Source: an uncultured Candidatus Saccharibacteria bacterium
GTDB taxonomy: Bacteria; Patescibacteriota; Minisyncoccia; UBA6257; JAKLIH01
DNA length: 64,000 nucleotides
Direction: 5' to 3'
NCBI GenBank assembly: GCA_964618955.1
Contig: CAZUBO010000002.1
Location: 1,582-65,581 of the forward strand
Shown piece after piece: positions 20,148-32,598 of the stretch. Position numbers and translations under genes: made by a program. Position 1 is the stretch's first letter, and the number at the start of each line of letters is the position of its first letter. The notes below the pieces were generated by a model. That model did no database searches and was not told where the DNA came from. It saw nothing but the letters and a program-made list of their open reading frames with translations.

Positions 20148-22259
20148 ATGAAACAATTAATTTCTGAAGGTAAGGAACTGAAAATATCAGAATTACCAGT
20201 TCCAACAATAAATGATGACCAGATTTTGGTTCAGAATTACTATTCTATAATATCTACAGGGACAGAGATTTCTAATATTTCTTTTACGAAGGATCCTCTA
20301 TACAAGAAGGTATTGAATTACCCTGATAAAATTCAAAAGGCTTTAAAGATGGTACAGACTAAAGGCTTAAGTGAAGTCTTACGTATTGGAATTGATTTCT
20401 TGAATATTCCAAGGGAATGAGGATATAGCTCATGTGGGAAGGTTATTGAAGTTGGGAAGAATATCAAAGACATCAAGGTTGGCGATATGGTAGCTTGTGC
20501 TGGGGCTGGGAAGGCCAATCATGCTGAGTATGTCGCAATACCAGAGAATTTAGCAGTCAGAGTTCCTAATAATGTAAATTGCAAGGATGCTAGTATTACT
20601 ACTATTGGAGCTATTGCTATGCAAGGAGTTAGACAATGCAATCCTTTAATTGGAGAGACTATTGTTGTAGTTGGATTAGGACTGATTGGACAATTAACAG
20701 CTTTGATTTTAAAAGCTAATGGAGTTAGAGTTATTGGAATTGAAACTAATGAAGCAAGAATTAAATTAGCTTTGAAGAATGGAATTAAAGATATTGTAAA
20801 TCCAATAACCCAAAATATCATAAATGAAGTTAAGTTTTTGAATTCTAATTTAGTTGACGGTGTTATCATTACGGCTTCAAGTAAGGATAACAAACTAATC
20901 AATCAAGCTTTAGAAATTACTCGAAAGAGAGGTAGAGTTGTAGCAGTTGGTAATATTGGATTAAATATCTTACGATCAGCATGATATGAAAAAGAAATAG
21001 ATTTAAAGATTTCATATTCTTATGGTCCAGGAAGAGGTGACTATATGTACGAAGAGAAGGGAGTTGATTATCCAATGGAGTTTGTGCGTTTTACTGAGAA
21101 GAGGAATATGGAATCATTCTTGCTGTTATTGAATGATAAGGTTATTAATTTAGATGGGATAATTAATAAAGAAACAAGTATTGATAATTGCATTTCAATT
21201 TATCAAGAATTAAAAGAAAGACCAGAATGATTAGGGGTAGCAATCAAATATGCTTTTGAAGAACAAAAAGAAATTTCAAAAGTAGTTGAAATACCTTCTA
21301 ATAAAGTTAGTGGTTCAAAAATTAGATTGGGAATTATTGGATTAGGGAATTTCTTTATGTCAACATTGTTACCAGCGATTAAAAAAGCTGAAGACTTAGA
21401 AGTTGTTGCTTTAGCTAATCGCAACAATATGAAGTTACAATACTTTAGTAAGAAGTTAAATGCTTCTATAATTACAACTGACTATGTTGAATTATTCAAG
21501 AACAAAGATATTGATTTAGTTATGGCGATAACCCGACATAACTTACATTTTGATTTGGTTAAAAAAGCTATTGAATTTAAAAAGAATTTGTTTATTGAAA
21601 AGCCGTTATGTATTAAGGAAGAAGAATTAAATGAAATTAAGAATTTAATTAATTCCAATTCAGAATTGCCTTTAATTAATATTGGTTTTAATCGTAGATT
21701 TTCTAGCTTAATTATGAAGCTAAAGGAGGTTTTGAATAACCCTGAAAAGCCTATGATTATTAACTATATGGTGAATAGTGAGAATTTTGATAAGAATATG
21801 TGAGTAAATACTGAGGAGGGTGGTGGACAGATACTTGGAGAAGGCTGCGCTATGATTGATTTAGGACTATACTTGGTTGGAAGCGAGATTGTTTCGATAA
21901 ATACAAACAAAGTTAAAGACAATTTACATTTAGAGACTGGGAATATTGTAAGCAGTATTAGCTTTAAGAATGGATCAGTCTTTAATTTGATTTATACAAC
22001 TTTGGGGAATAAGAAATGGCCTAAGGAGAGTATTAATGTATTCTATGATGGGAATAACTATATGATAAATGATTTTAAAGAATTAAAATCAAGTAATAAA
22101 AAATATTGTTTGAAGTTGAAAAAACAAGACAAGGGACATGTTAATGAGATTGGAAGATTAGGAAAAAGTTTGAAGGAAGGAGTTGGTTTAATTCCTTTGT
22201 CTGAAATTATCAGAGCAACTGAAATTGCTTTTGAGATTAATAAATCAAATAACAAATAA
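20148..22259 (+). CDS. Bi-domain oxidoreductase (N-terminal Zn-dependent MDR dehydrogenase + C-terminal Gfo/Idh/MocA NAD-binding domain)
   Basis: Five track ORFs (20148, 20487, 21045, 21327, 21852) are all in one frame and joined only by TGA. GLGLIGQ and GIIGLGNF Rossmann motifs in the two halves. Confidence 0.85.
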
Positions 22260-22262
22260 CCT

Positions 22263-24152
22263 ATGTGTGGTTTTAGTGGAATCATTGATTTTGAAAAGAA
22301 GAATGATTTAGAATCAAATCTTAAGAAGGGAATTGATGAATTAATTCATCGGGGACCAGATAATCAAGGTTTGTATTTTGAAAAAGACTTAGGATTGTAT
22401 TTTGGTTTTAATCGTTTAAAAATTATTGATTTAAAAGATGCTAGCAATCAACCATTTATAAGTGCTGATGGTTTGGTTATTATGATGTTTAATGGAGAGA
22501 TATATAATTACAAAGAATTGAAAAAAGAATTAAATGAGTTTGAATTTAAAACTGATAGTGATACTGAAGTATTGTTGGCTTGCTATCAAAAGTTTGGATT
22601 GAAATTTTTAGATAAAATTGAAGGGATGTTTTCAATTTGTATTTTTGATAAAAATGAAAACAAAGTTTTGTTAATTCGAGACCGCTTAGGAATCAAACCT
22701 TTGTTTTATTTGATTAATCAAAAACAAATTTTGTTTTCTTCAGAAATCAAATCAATTTTAAAGATGGATTTGATTAAAAAAGAAATTAATCCAACAGCAA
22801 TAGATAATTATTTAACTTTTTTATGTACGATTGATAATCAAACTCCATTCTTAAATGTTTTGAAGTTAAGACCAGGAGAGATGATGGCTATAAACTTAAA
22901 TGATAAAACAATTCTACATAATGAGTATTGAGATTTGAAGGTTAATGCAAATACTGAAAAAGAAGAAGATGTTATTAAAAATGTTTTTAAGAAGTTATCG
23001 GATTCGATTACTGAACAGATGCAAGCTGATGTTGATTTTGGTTGTTTTTTGTCTGGTGGATTGGATTCAAGTTTAAATGCAGTTTTGATGTCAGAGAAGT
23101 TAGGAGTGCCTGTTAAGACTCTATCAGTATACTTTGATAGCCCAAAATACAATGAAATACAATATTCTAGGATGATTAGTGACAAATTAAAGGCTACAAA
23201 GTTTGAGAAAGAAATTACTCAAAAAGACTTTTGATTGTTTTTAGATGAATTCAAATCAATAAATGACAGTTTAAATGGAGATTTAGTATGTTTTCCTTTG
23301 TATTTCTTATCGGAAATGACTCATTTGAATAATATCAAGATGATTCAAGTAGGAGAAGGGGCTGACGAGATCTTCTGCGGATATAGAAGGTTCAAATATG
23401 CCAAAATGATATGGCTAATTGATTGGTTATGAAGTAAGACTATAAAGTGAGATTACAGGATTAAGAAGGGGTTGATGGTTTTAGTTGAGTGAATGCTAAA
23501 GAAGGATAGTATGGGTTTTGAAATGACTAGAAGATGAAAGAAGGGATTACCTTGATACTTTGGAGCTAATAATATCTTTACTGAATTTGAAAAAGAAAGT
23601 ATCTTTGGAAGTGAATTTGGTAAGAATATTGATAAGAGATTTTCTGATAAAGTAATAAGCTTGCATTATAATTCAAAACATTCGGCATTACAGAAGATAA
23701 CATATCTAGAGACAAAATTAAGGTTACCAGAATTGTTACTGAATAGAGTAGATATGCTAACTATGAAGTTTTCAATTGAATCTCGGGTACCGTTCTTGAA
23801 TTCTAAATTAGTAGAATATGTTTTTAATGTATCGGATGGTTTGAAATTGAAGAATAATACTACAAAATATTTGCTTAAAAAAGCAGCTTTTGGTATTATA
23901 CCTAATGAGATAATCGACCGTAAGAAGCAAGGATTCTGAGCACCGTTCTTAGAATGATATATGTTTGATAAAGAATTTAATGCCAAAATTCAAAGTTTGA
24001 TTTTAAATTCAAAGTTATTAAAAGATAAAGTTTTGAAGACTGAATATGTTAAAGAATTATTGAAGGAATCAAAATTCAACGAAAGAACTATTTTAAAAGT
24101 TTGATCAATATTAATACTAAGTAATTTCTATGATTATTACTTTGCTGAATAA
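22263..24152 (+). CDS. Asparagine synthase (glutamine-hydrolysing)-like amidotransferase
   Basis: MCGFSGII Ntn glutaminase start and SGGLDSS PP-loop. ORFs 22263, 22935, 23235 and 23661 are in one frame. I hand-translated the gaps and found only TGA. TAA at 24150. Confidence 0.88.
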
Positions 24153-25452
24153 AATTAAAAAGATAATTAATGAATCAAAGACATTAGTTAATATATTTTT
24201 TACTTTTGGAGCTAGAATTCTAAAAGCTTTAACGATTTTTGTATTAATGATATTAGTAGCTAGGAAGTTTGGACCCGAAGGTAAGGGAATTATTACTATG
24301 GCTTTGTTCTTGCCAGACTTTTTGTATTTCATGATGCATTTAGGATTAGGAAATGCTAGTATATTCTTTATTAGTAATTCGAATGAGGATGAGAAGACAA
24401 TATATAATAATTCGGTATGACAGGGGTTGGGGTTGAGTATATTAGCGATAACTATCGTATTAGTGTTAAGATTAGTTAATCCTAATGTATTAGGAATTGG
24501 ATTTCCTACTTCTTTACTATATATTGCTTTAGCGATTGTACCGTTTTCTTTTCTAGAGACATTCTTTGAGAATTTGTTTGCTGGCAAACAAGAATTTCGA
24601 ATCTTTAATGGGATTATAATCTTGGATAGAATAGCATTGATAGTTGTAATGCTAGTTGCGTTTTTAAAATACAATATTAGTTTGAATTTTGTATTGAGTT
24701 TGATATTTATTAATTTGATTCTTCAAGTTACTACATATTTTGTTTTGTTAGTTAGAAGATACGGATTACCAAATATATTTAAATTCAATACTGGATATTT
24801 TAAGAAAGCAATTGACTTTGGATTTAGATCGTATTTGGCTTGTTTTTTATGCTATTTGGTATTGAGGTCAGACTTATATATGTTATCCGTTATGAAGGGA
24901 GTAAAGGATGTTGGATTGTATTCGGTAGCAACTAACTTTATTGACGCCATGCTACTATTATCAGGAAGTGCTTCAGCTGTTATCTTTCCTTTGATTAATA
25001 GGAACATATCTAGAGCTGGATATTATATCAAGAGGTTTACTAGCTTAATTTCTTTGGCTTCTTGTGGTATAATATTATTGACATTAGTATTTGGAAGACC
25101 TTTTATTAGTTTATTCTTTGGCCTTGAATTTGTATCAGCAAGTATGCCACTATATATATTATTGATTGCAATGTACTTCTGATCGCTATTAAGTATTCTG
25201 ACTCAATTCTTTGCTGCGAAGAACTATCCATGGAAGGCAGTATATATATGAATACCAGGGATAGTACTCAACATTGTGATAAATTGGATTTGAATACCTA
25301 GGTACGGAATGTTAGCTGCAGCTTGATCATCAGTCATTGCTTATGCTTTAACTTTCTTCTTACATTTTTGGTTGATTCAAAAGTATGAGAGAATTAAATT
25401 AAAAGAATTAATTTTTCCTTGAATAATTAAAACAAATCATGAACAAATTTAA
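24130..25452 (+). CDS. Wzx-like polysaccharide flippase (MOP superfamily)
   Basis: About 12 predicted TM helices. ORFs 24130 and 24427 are in frame, and the C-terminal part is restored through several TGAs. Overlaps both neighbours (operonic). Confidence 0.75.
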
Positions 25453-26188
25453 TATATCTGAGAATAGTTATGGGCATAAAAAAAGATTAGATTTTATTAA
25501 GGAGCAGATTATAAAATACTGTTTAACAAATAGTTTGGATGCTTTTAATATTAGAATGTTAGATGTTGGGTGCGGTTCGGGAACTTTAGTAACTTTACCT
25601 TTAGGGGAAGAAGGATTCAATATCTTGGGAATTGATTTAGATCAAACTTCTATTGATTTTGCTAGAATACAGAATATCTTTAGAAATGTCAGTTTTGAGA
25701 AAAAGACAGTTGAGGAAGTTGAAGGGGAATATGATATAGTACTAGCTTGTGAGATACTAGAACATTTAGAAAGACCAGTTGAATTCTTAAAGACATTGAG
25801 TTCAAAATTAAAAACTAATGGTATTTTAATTCTAACGACTCCTAATGGATATGGGTGATCAGAGAAGGAAGGAGATTTGGTTAAGTGATTGGGTAAGAAT
25901 TTGTTAATTAGAAGAATAATTAATAAATTCAAAAAACATTCACAAGATATTACTTTAAATGAGTCAGATAAGCATTTACAGAAGTTCAGCTATGAATTAT
26001 TACTAAATATCTTTAATGATTCAGGATTGAAAGTTGTTGGTAGTAAGAATGGTCCGGTATTTGGTGGACCAATAATCGAAAGAACTTTTGCAAGATTACC
26101 GTTATTCAAGAAGACTTCTAATACATTAGGAGATATCTTGCCTTCAAAGATGGCTTTAGTATGATATTTTGTTTTAAAAAAATATTAA
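25439..26188 (+). CDS. Class I SAM-dependent methyltransferase
   Basis: LDVGCGSG motif I, acidic motif II (GIDLD), ACEILEH. Joined across TGAs at 25856, 25886 and 26162. Confidence 0.8.
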
Positions 26189-26196
26189 TTTTAAAT

Positions 26197-26970
26197 ATGG
26201 ATATTAAAAAAGACATACAAAAATTCTGAAATTCAAAACCTTGTGGGACTTTTGGGAATATACCAGAAGAAGCTAGTATTGAATACTTTAATAGAATCAA
26301 AGAACGCCGATATCGTTTGGAGCCTTTTATCTTAGATATTGCTAAGTTTAGTGAATATACTGACAAGAAGGTACTAGAGATTGGGTGTGGTATTGGTATG
26401 GATGGGATTGAATTTGCTAAGGCTAAAGCTGATTATACTGGAGTTGATCTATCGGACCAGTCTATTTCCTTATGTAAAAGGCATTTTGAGTTGTTTTCCC
26501 AAACTGGGAATATATTAAATATCGATGCTGAGAATTTGCCTTTTCCTGATAATACTTTTGATTTAGTATACTCCTGAGGAGTATTACATCATATACCAGA
26601 TATGCAAAAAAGTATTAATGAAGTTTATAGGGTATTAAAGCCAGGAGGGAAAATTGTTATTATGATATATAACAAATATTCGTTAGTTGGGTTGCAACTA
26701 TACTTGGTTTATGGATTATTGAAGTTTAAGTTTTTCAAGAAATTCAATGATTTGTATTACAATTGCCACGAGAGTGTGGGGACAAAGGCTTTTACTGATT
26801 TAGAGAGTAAAAAAATGTTTAATGCGTTTAATGATTTAAAAGTCTTTAATATTGTAACACCATATGATGTTAGAATTACTAGGAATAGATTCTTACCAAG
26901 AATATTTCAAAAGTTAGTTCCAAGTCGTTTTGGATTCTTTAAGATAATATTGGGGAATAAAAAAAAATAA
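26197..26970 (+). CDS. Class I SAM-dependent methyltransferase (second, type 11-like)
   Basis: F-W-NSKPCG N-terminal motif, LEIGCGIGMDG motif I, FDLVYS-W-GVLHH. Three track fragments are in one frame. Confidence 0.8.
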
Positions 26971-26971
26971 T

Positions 26972-28774
26972 ATGTTTGTAACAAAGACAAGAATTAAAAA
27001 ATTATTGAAAAATCCTTTAGGAGGATTAATGTTTTTAAATCAATTTTTTAAGTCTTTAAAATTAAAGAATTTGAAAATTAAGAATGTTAAATATATAGAA
27101 AGTGTTTGACATTCATTAATTAATAATTCGGAATTTTTTAATTTTGTTATTGACAATAGTAATCCTTTTGAAGGGAAGGTTAGAATTTTTGATAAGGAAG
27201 TTAGTATTGATGAGATTGATTGGAATCGAGACTATTTTAATAATTTTCCAATAAAGAGGGACTACTATTTTAATTTGAGAGAATGAATAATTAAGAATAG
27301 TTTTAAAGGTTTTGATATTAAGAATGTTTGGGAATTATCTCGAGGATATTTCTTAATTGATTTGGCTAGTTTATATTACAAGACTAAAGACGAAAAGTAT
27401 TTAGAAGAATACCAAAAGATAATACTAGAATGAATTAAACAAAATCCATATTTGTATTCTAGCAATTGAACTAATCCAATGGAAGTAAGTGTAAGAATAA
27501 TTAATTGAATTACTAGTTTTCAAATTATTAATAAGGATGGTGTTAAATTTAATGAAGAATTTTTAAATATTTTTTTCAATCATATGAATTTAAGTTTTAA
27601 TTATTTGATTAATAATATTGAAACTTATCCTTTCAAATCAAATCATTATATGATTGATAATTTAGGAATATTGGTTTTGAGTTTGTTTTTGAATTCGAAA
27701 GATAAATGAATTCAAAAAAGCTTTAATAACCTATTGAAGGCTGAGTTCTCGCAATTTGATAGTGATGGGGTTGATTTTGAGAATTCAAGCAATTACCAGG
27801 TTCTAAAAACAGAGGCTTTAATGATGGCGTTTTTGATGTATAAGCAGAATTTGAATAAGCTAGAGAATGTTATACAGCTTGAAGATAGATATCTAGAGCA
27901 ATTAAGTAAGATTTTTGAATTTTCAATTCATTTGTTTAAGAATGAAGGTACTTTTTTGGCTGGTGATAATGACGAAACTGAGGTTTTGAGATTGCCTTTA
28001 AAGGCTAAGTTAGAGAAACTGTATTTAATGATGTTTGGAGATAAGGTTGATTTAAATAATAGCAAGATATATTTTAAGAGTGGTTATGGATTCTTAAGAA
28101 ATTCAAAATTCAATATTTTACTCTTAAGAGCTAATAATATTAGGAGTAGTCACTTCCATAATGATTTATTGAGCTTTCAATTAGTATATGGGGGTAAAGA
28201 CTTTTTTATTGATAGTAATACTTTTAATTACAATACGGATAAAGAGAAGAGGGTATCATACTTAAGAACTCAGAGCCATAATACTTGCTTTGTGAATAAT
28301 ATTGAACAAAGTAGGATTGAAGCTAATGATGCATTCTTAAGGAATAAATCTGTAAGATCAATATGCAAGAAGTCTAACGTATCGAGTACTCGAGATGAGA
28401 TGACTTTAGAAACTAAATACAATAATTTTTCACATTTGAGATCTTTGATATTTAATAAAGAACAGAACAAATTAAGTATTTTTGATACTTTCAATGGGAA
28501 AGTAAAATCTATTGAATGAAATTTGTTTTGTCCTAAAGAAGTTAAGGTATACAATAATTTAACTTTGAAGAATGTTTTGATTTTAGAGAATGATGGCTTA
28601 AAATTAATTTTGGAATTACCAGAGACTTTGAGTTACACTTTGAATAATGCTTTTGTATCTCCGAGATACAATACTGAAGAGATTGGAACTAATATAAAAT
28701 TAAAATTTGAAAATAAAAATAATATATCAAACTTATCATTTCAAATTGTTATCAAAGAAAATTATTTAAATTAA
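26972..28774 (+). CDS. Heparinase II/III-like (alginate-lyase superfamily) protein
   Basis: 600 aa restored from ATG 26972 through many TGAs. VWELSRGYF and NW-TNPMEVSVRIINW motifs in the N-domain. HFHNDLLSF and H-rich C-domain. Confidence 0.75.
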
Positions 28775-28778
28775 ATGT

Positions 28779-29978
28779 ATGAAGATATTAATTTATAGTC
28801 AATACTTCTATCCAGAGACTAATGCTCCAGCTAATCGTTTAAACGATATGGCTAGGTATTTAGCTAAAGGGAACAAGGTTTCGATTTTGACTGGATTTCC
28901 GAATCATCCTTTAGGAAGAATGATTGGGGAATACAAAATGAAATGATTAATGAAGGATACGGTTGAAGACATGGATGTTTATAGAAGTTTTTTGATTATT
29001 CCGAGGAAGACAAATTCAAAAATATATAGATATCTAAATTACTTTAGTTTTGCTTTTTCAAGTTTTTTGAATTTGTTTAGAATTGAAAAGCCTGATTTAA
29101 TGATTGTAACTAGTCCACCAATAAGTGTTTTAATCTTAGGATATATTTATGCTAAGATAAGGCATATACCATTAGTTATTGACTTAAGAGATTTATGACC
29201 TGAAGCAGCTATAAGTCTAAAGGTAGTTAAGAAGGGATTCGTTATTAATTGCTTAGAAAAATTAGTTGCTAAAGCATATATGTATTCTAAAAATATAATT
29301 ATCAATACTGAAGCCTTTAGGGACGCTTTGGTTAGTAAGTACGAGATTATGAATTCTAAGATTACATACATTCCTAATGGATTTGATATTGAAGGGAATT
29401 TAGAATTCAAAAAAGAATTTGTTGATGAGGGGGAATTCAAAATCTTTTATTCGGGATTGTTTGGTTGAGCTCAGAATGTTGATTTGATTATTGAGACAGC
29501 TAAGATCTTTAAAGACAAAGGTTCTTTAGTTAAATTTGTTTTGATTGGTGATGGGCCTTTGAAGGAAGCTTTGAAAGACAAAGCTTTGAAGTATCATTTA
29601 AATAACTTAGAGATTCTTGATTATCAAAAGAAAGATAATTTGTTCAAGATAATCAGTGAATGTAACTTAGGATTAATAACTTATGAATTAAATGATACTT
29701 TTCGTAAGAATATTCCTTCAAAGATCTTTGACTATATGTTTTTAGAGAAGCCGGTAATAATAAACTTAGAGGGGGAAGCTTCAAGAATAATAGAAGATGG
29801 TAAGTTTGGATTCTGTTATGAAACTAATGATCCTGCTAAGTTATGTAATAGAATTGAAGAGATTCTAACCACTATGGATTTAAAGACTAGAGGTAATAAT
29901 GGCTTTGAATATTTGAAGGCCAATTTCGATAAGAAGGAATTACTTAAAAGATTAGATAAGATATTAGAAGTTGAATAA
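28779..29978 (+). CDS. GT4 glycosyltransferase, WbuB-like
   Basis: MKILIYSQYFYPETNAPANR N-terminus is typical of WbuB-type GT4. Four fragments are in one frame. C-terminal E-x7-E region. Confidence 0.8.
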
Positions 29979-29980
29979 TT

Positions 29981-30010
29981 AAAAACATCGGTTTAATAAC
30001 CGATGTTTTT
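29981..30010. terminator. Terminator closing the glycan operon
   Basis: aaaaacatcgg / ccgatgttttt hairpin. Confidence 0.7.
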
Positions 30011-30015
30011 GTTTG

Positions 30016-30098
30016 TGCCCAGGGAGGGACTCGAACCCACACTGGTATTAACCAAAAGGATTTTAAGTCCTTCGCGTCTACCATTCCGCCACCTGGGC
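30016..30098 (-). tRNA. tRNA-Leu, anticodon UAA (long variable arm)
   Basis: Reverse complement: acceptor GCCCAGG/CCTGGGC, anticodon stem AAGGA/TCCTT, loop CTTAAAA, long extra arm, T loop TTCGAGT (one U-U mismatch in the T stem). Confidence 0.85.
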
Positions 30099-30163
30099 AT
30101 TTATGTATTAAATCTACCAAATTTTTTTTAAAAAATCAACTGTTTGGAATTATTCAAAAGCTA

Positions 30164-30192
30164 TTGTATTTTTTTTAATTTTTAGTTACAAT
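30164..30192 (+). promoter_or_regulatory. Candidate promoter for mscS-pilin transcription unit
   Basis: ttgtat, 17 nt, tacaat. Confidence 0.3.
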
Positions 30193-30217
30193 ATATTTAA
30201 TAAATTAAAATATATGT

Positions 30218-31240
30218 ATGGATGTTTTGTATTATCTAAATGTATTTTGAAATAACAATATTGTTCAAGGTTTGATGGCAATCTTGGGAGCTATTGTTTT
30301 AGCTTTTGTAATTGATTATTTAATTTGATTCTATGTTAAGAAGTTTACAACTAGAACCCATACTCATATTGATGATTTCTTAGTGAATGTTTTAACAACA
30401 CCAATACATTGGATAATTATAATCTTAGGAGCCAAGAAAGCTTTTTTGAAGATCTTTAATATTGTATTAACAAAGAATGTTGACCTATACTATCGTATTG
30501 CGATTATAGTTTTAATAGCTTATGTGATATCTAGATTATTATCATTCTTTATTGGCCATTGATTAAAGGTTCAAAAGCAAACTAAAAAAATACCACAATA
30601 CATTAGTAATATAGTAGGAGTGGTTGTATTTTTAATTGCTTTGATGGTTGTAATGACAATGCTGAAGATATCTATAGCTCCATTACTAACCAGTTTTGGT
30701 ATTGCTGGAGTTTTGATTGGTTTATCATTACAAAATACCTTGGTGAATTTTATTGCTGGATTGAAGATAATATCAGAAGAGAAGATTAAAATTGGAGATT
30801 TTATTGATGATGGCGTTAGTATTAAAGGCGTAGTAGAAGATATGAGTTTGAATTCAACTAAAATAAGAAATTTGAATAATAATATCATTATTGTTCCTAA
30901 TTCAAAGATATCAGATAATCCAATAACTAATTATTCTAGGAATGATAGCAAGATTAGAGTAGTAGTTCCTATAACCTTGGTTATTGATAAGCCTTTAGTC
31001 GAGATGAAGAAGAAGTTAAATTCAATTGTTTTAGAAGTATTTGAAAGCATGGAAGGGATTGATAAGAAGCATGTTCCAGAAGTTTGAATAATCAATGCTG
31101 GACAAGCTAGTTCTATGACTCAGCCAACAGCTACTTTTAATGTCTTAATTACAGTAGTAAGTTACAAATATCAATTTGGAGTAGCTGATGCGATATTAGA
31201 GAAGGTTAGTAAAACATTTTGAAAGTATCAACATGAATAA
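30218..31240 (+). CDS. Small-conductance mechanosensitive channel (MscS family)
   Basis: N-terminal TM helices, pore helix LLTSFGIAGVLIGLSLQNTLVNFIAG, beta domain GDFI..G.V.D. Restored through TGAs from ATG 30218. Overlaps the next gene by 8 nt. Confidence 0.85.
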
Positions 31241-32474
31241 ATTCAAACAAAGTTTTACATTAGTAGAATTAATGATAGTAATAGCAATCTTAGCAATATT
31301 ATCTGCTATTGTAATTTTTGCATTAAACCCAGCCAGACTCTTTGATAACTTTAGAGATTCAAAAAGAGTAACTGATATATCTAGTATTAACAAAGCTATT
31401 GTATTCATGGAATCTTGAAATCAATCAGGTATTACCTATGGTACTACAACTAATGTATATATCTCTCTACCTGATTCAAGTTCTACTTGTAGCTCTTACA
31501 CACTTCCAACTCTTCCTACTGGATATACATATTACTGTTCTAATGCTACAAACTACAAGAATACTGATGGAACTGGTTGAATACCTATCAACTTTACAGT
31601 AGAAGGATCTAATAGATATCTATCAAGTCTACCAGTAGATCCAGTCAATAACAATTCTTTCTTCTATACCTACTATTCAGGAGGATCATATGAATTAACT
31701 GCAATACTAGCTAATCCCAATAAGAACTCTATTGATGACGAAGGAAGTCTTACATCAACCTTTGAGATTGGTAGTCCTAACCGAACATGGAATACACCGC
31801 TACAGAGGGATAAAGGATTGGTACTATACTACAATTTCAATGAAGCAAGTGGCAATGCGCAAGATATGTCGGGGAATGGATATACAGGAACTCTTAACGG
31901 GCCGGTCAGACAAACATTAGTTGGAACTGATCAATCGATGTATTACGATGCCAGTTCCTCAGATTATATCTCAACTCCTAGTTTTGCAATTCCTAATACG
32001 GGGATATTGACGATAGAGGCGTGGATGAAGAGTGTGGGTGCGGATAAGTATCAGTTTATATTAAGTGATGCATCTTATAATGAAATGTCTGGTTTTATAT
32101 ATATGGATAGACCAGTTAATACTAATAGTCTTTTGTATCTGTATGCCAACGGAACAGTATCGGCAGAGTCTTTGTTTACTAACTTCTTTCAAAGTTTAGA
32201 CAATCAATGACTCCATATAGTTATAGTTTGTGATTATACAAATAAAATAGGAAAAGCGTATAGAAATGGGGTTCAATTTGGAACTACTCAAAATCTTACT
32301 GGTGTGCCCGTATTTCCTTCGGTTGGTAGAGTTAAATATATTGGCGCATATAGTAGTGGCGCTTATAAAATCACCGATGGTTCTCTTGATGAAGTAAGAA
32401 TATATAATAGGGGATTGAGTGCGGAGGAGATATCAGCCCAGTATACCTCGACAAAAGGCCATTATGGCTACTAA
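31233..32474 (+). CDS. Type IV pilin-like protein fused to a LamG/concanavalin-A-type lectin domain, paralog 1 (413 aa)
   Basis: N-terminus KQS-FTLVELMIVIAILAILSAIV (prepilin-type methylation motif with E5). C-terminal LamG signature DGSLDEVRIYNRGLSAEEI. Three in-frame TGAs. I hand-translated it end to end. Confidence 0.85.
31247..32474 (+). repeat. Pilin-lectin repeat unit, copy 1 (most divergent)
   Basis: Aligns by eye, nucleotide for nucleotide, with 35779.. and 40777.. over the first 750 bp or so, and again over the last 100 bp or so. Confidence 0.85.
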
Positions 32475-32533
32475 ATAGGCCTTTTGAAGGCTAATTTAGC
32501 TAGTAAATACGTTGGTTTTTAAGGCTTAAATTG

Positions 32534-32570
32534 GAAATACCCTAGTAAATACTAGGGTATTTCAATTTTA
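32534..32570 (+). terminator. Strong terminator after pilin paralog 1
   Basis: 13-bp perfect stem gaaataccctagt / actagggtatttc with loop aaat, then aatttt. Confidence 0.75.
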
Positions 32571-32598
32571 GCCTGTTTTTAGTTATCCACAGACCCTA

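Noticed and set aside
31399-31602. A conserved family of small ORFs in the track: 31399..31602, 35931..36230 and 40928..41227 on the plus strand, plus antisense 31196..31408 and 35671..35940.
   Set aside because: They are off-frame or antisense shadows of the three pilin-lectin paralogs. Their apparent conservation simply reflects the nucleotide repeat. The real reading frame runs through TGA codons and gives a coherent pilin plus LamG protein.
32583-32591. A perfect TTATCCACA upstream of the 3D-domain gene as a second replication origin.
   Set aside because: It is a single isolated box with no cluster and no adjacent AT-rich unwinding element. It is more likely chance or a DnaA-regulated promoter. 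It is mentioned only within the 3D-island finding.
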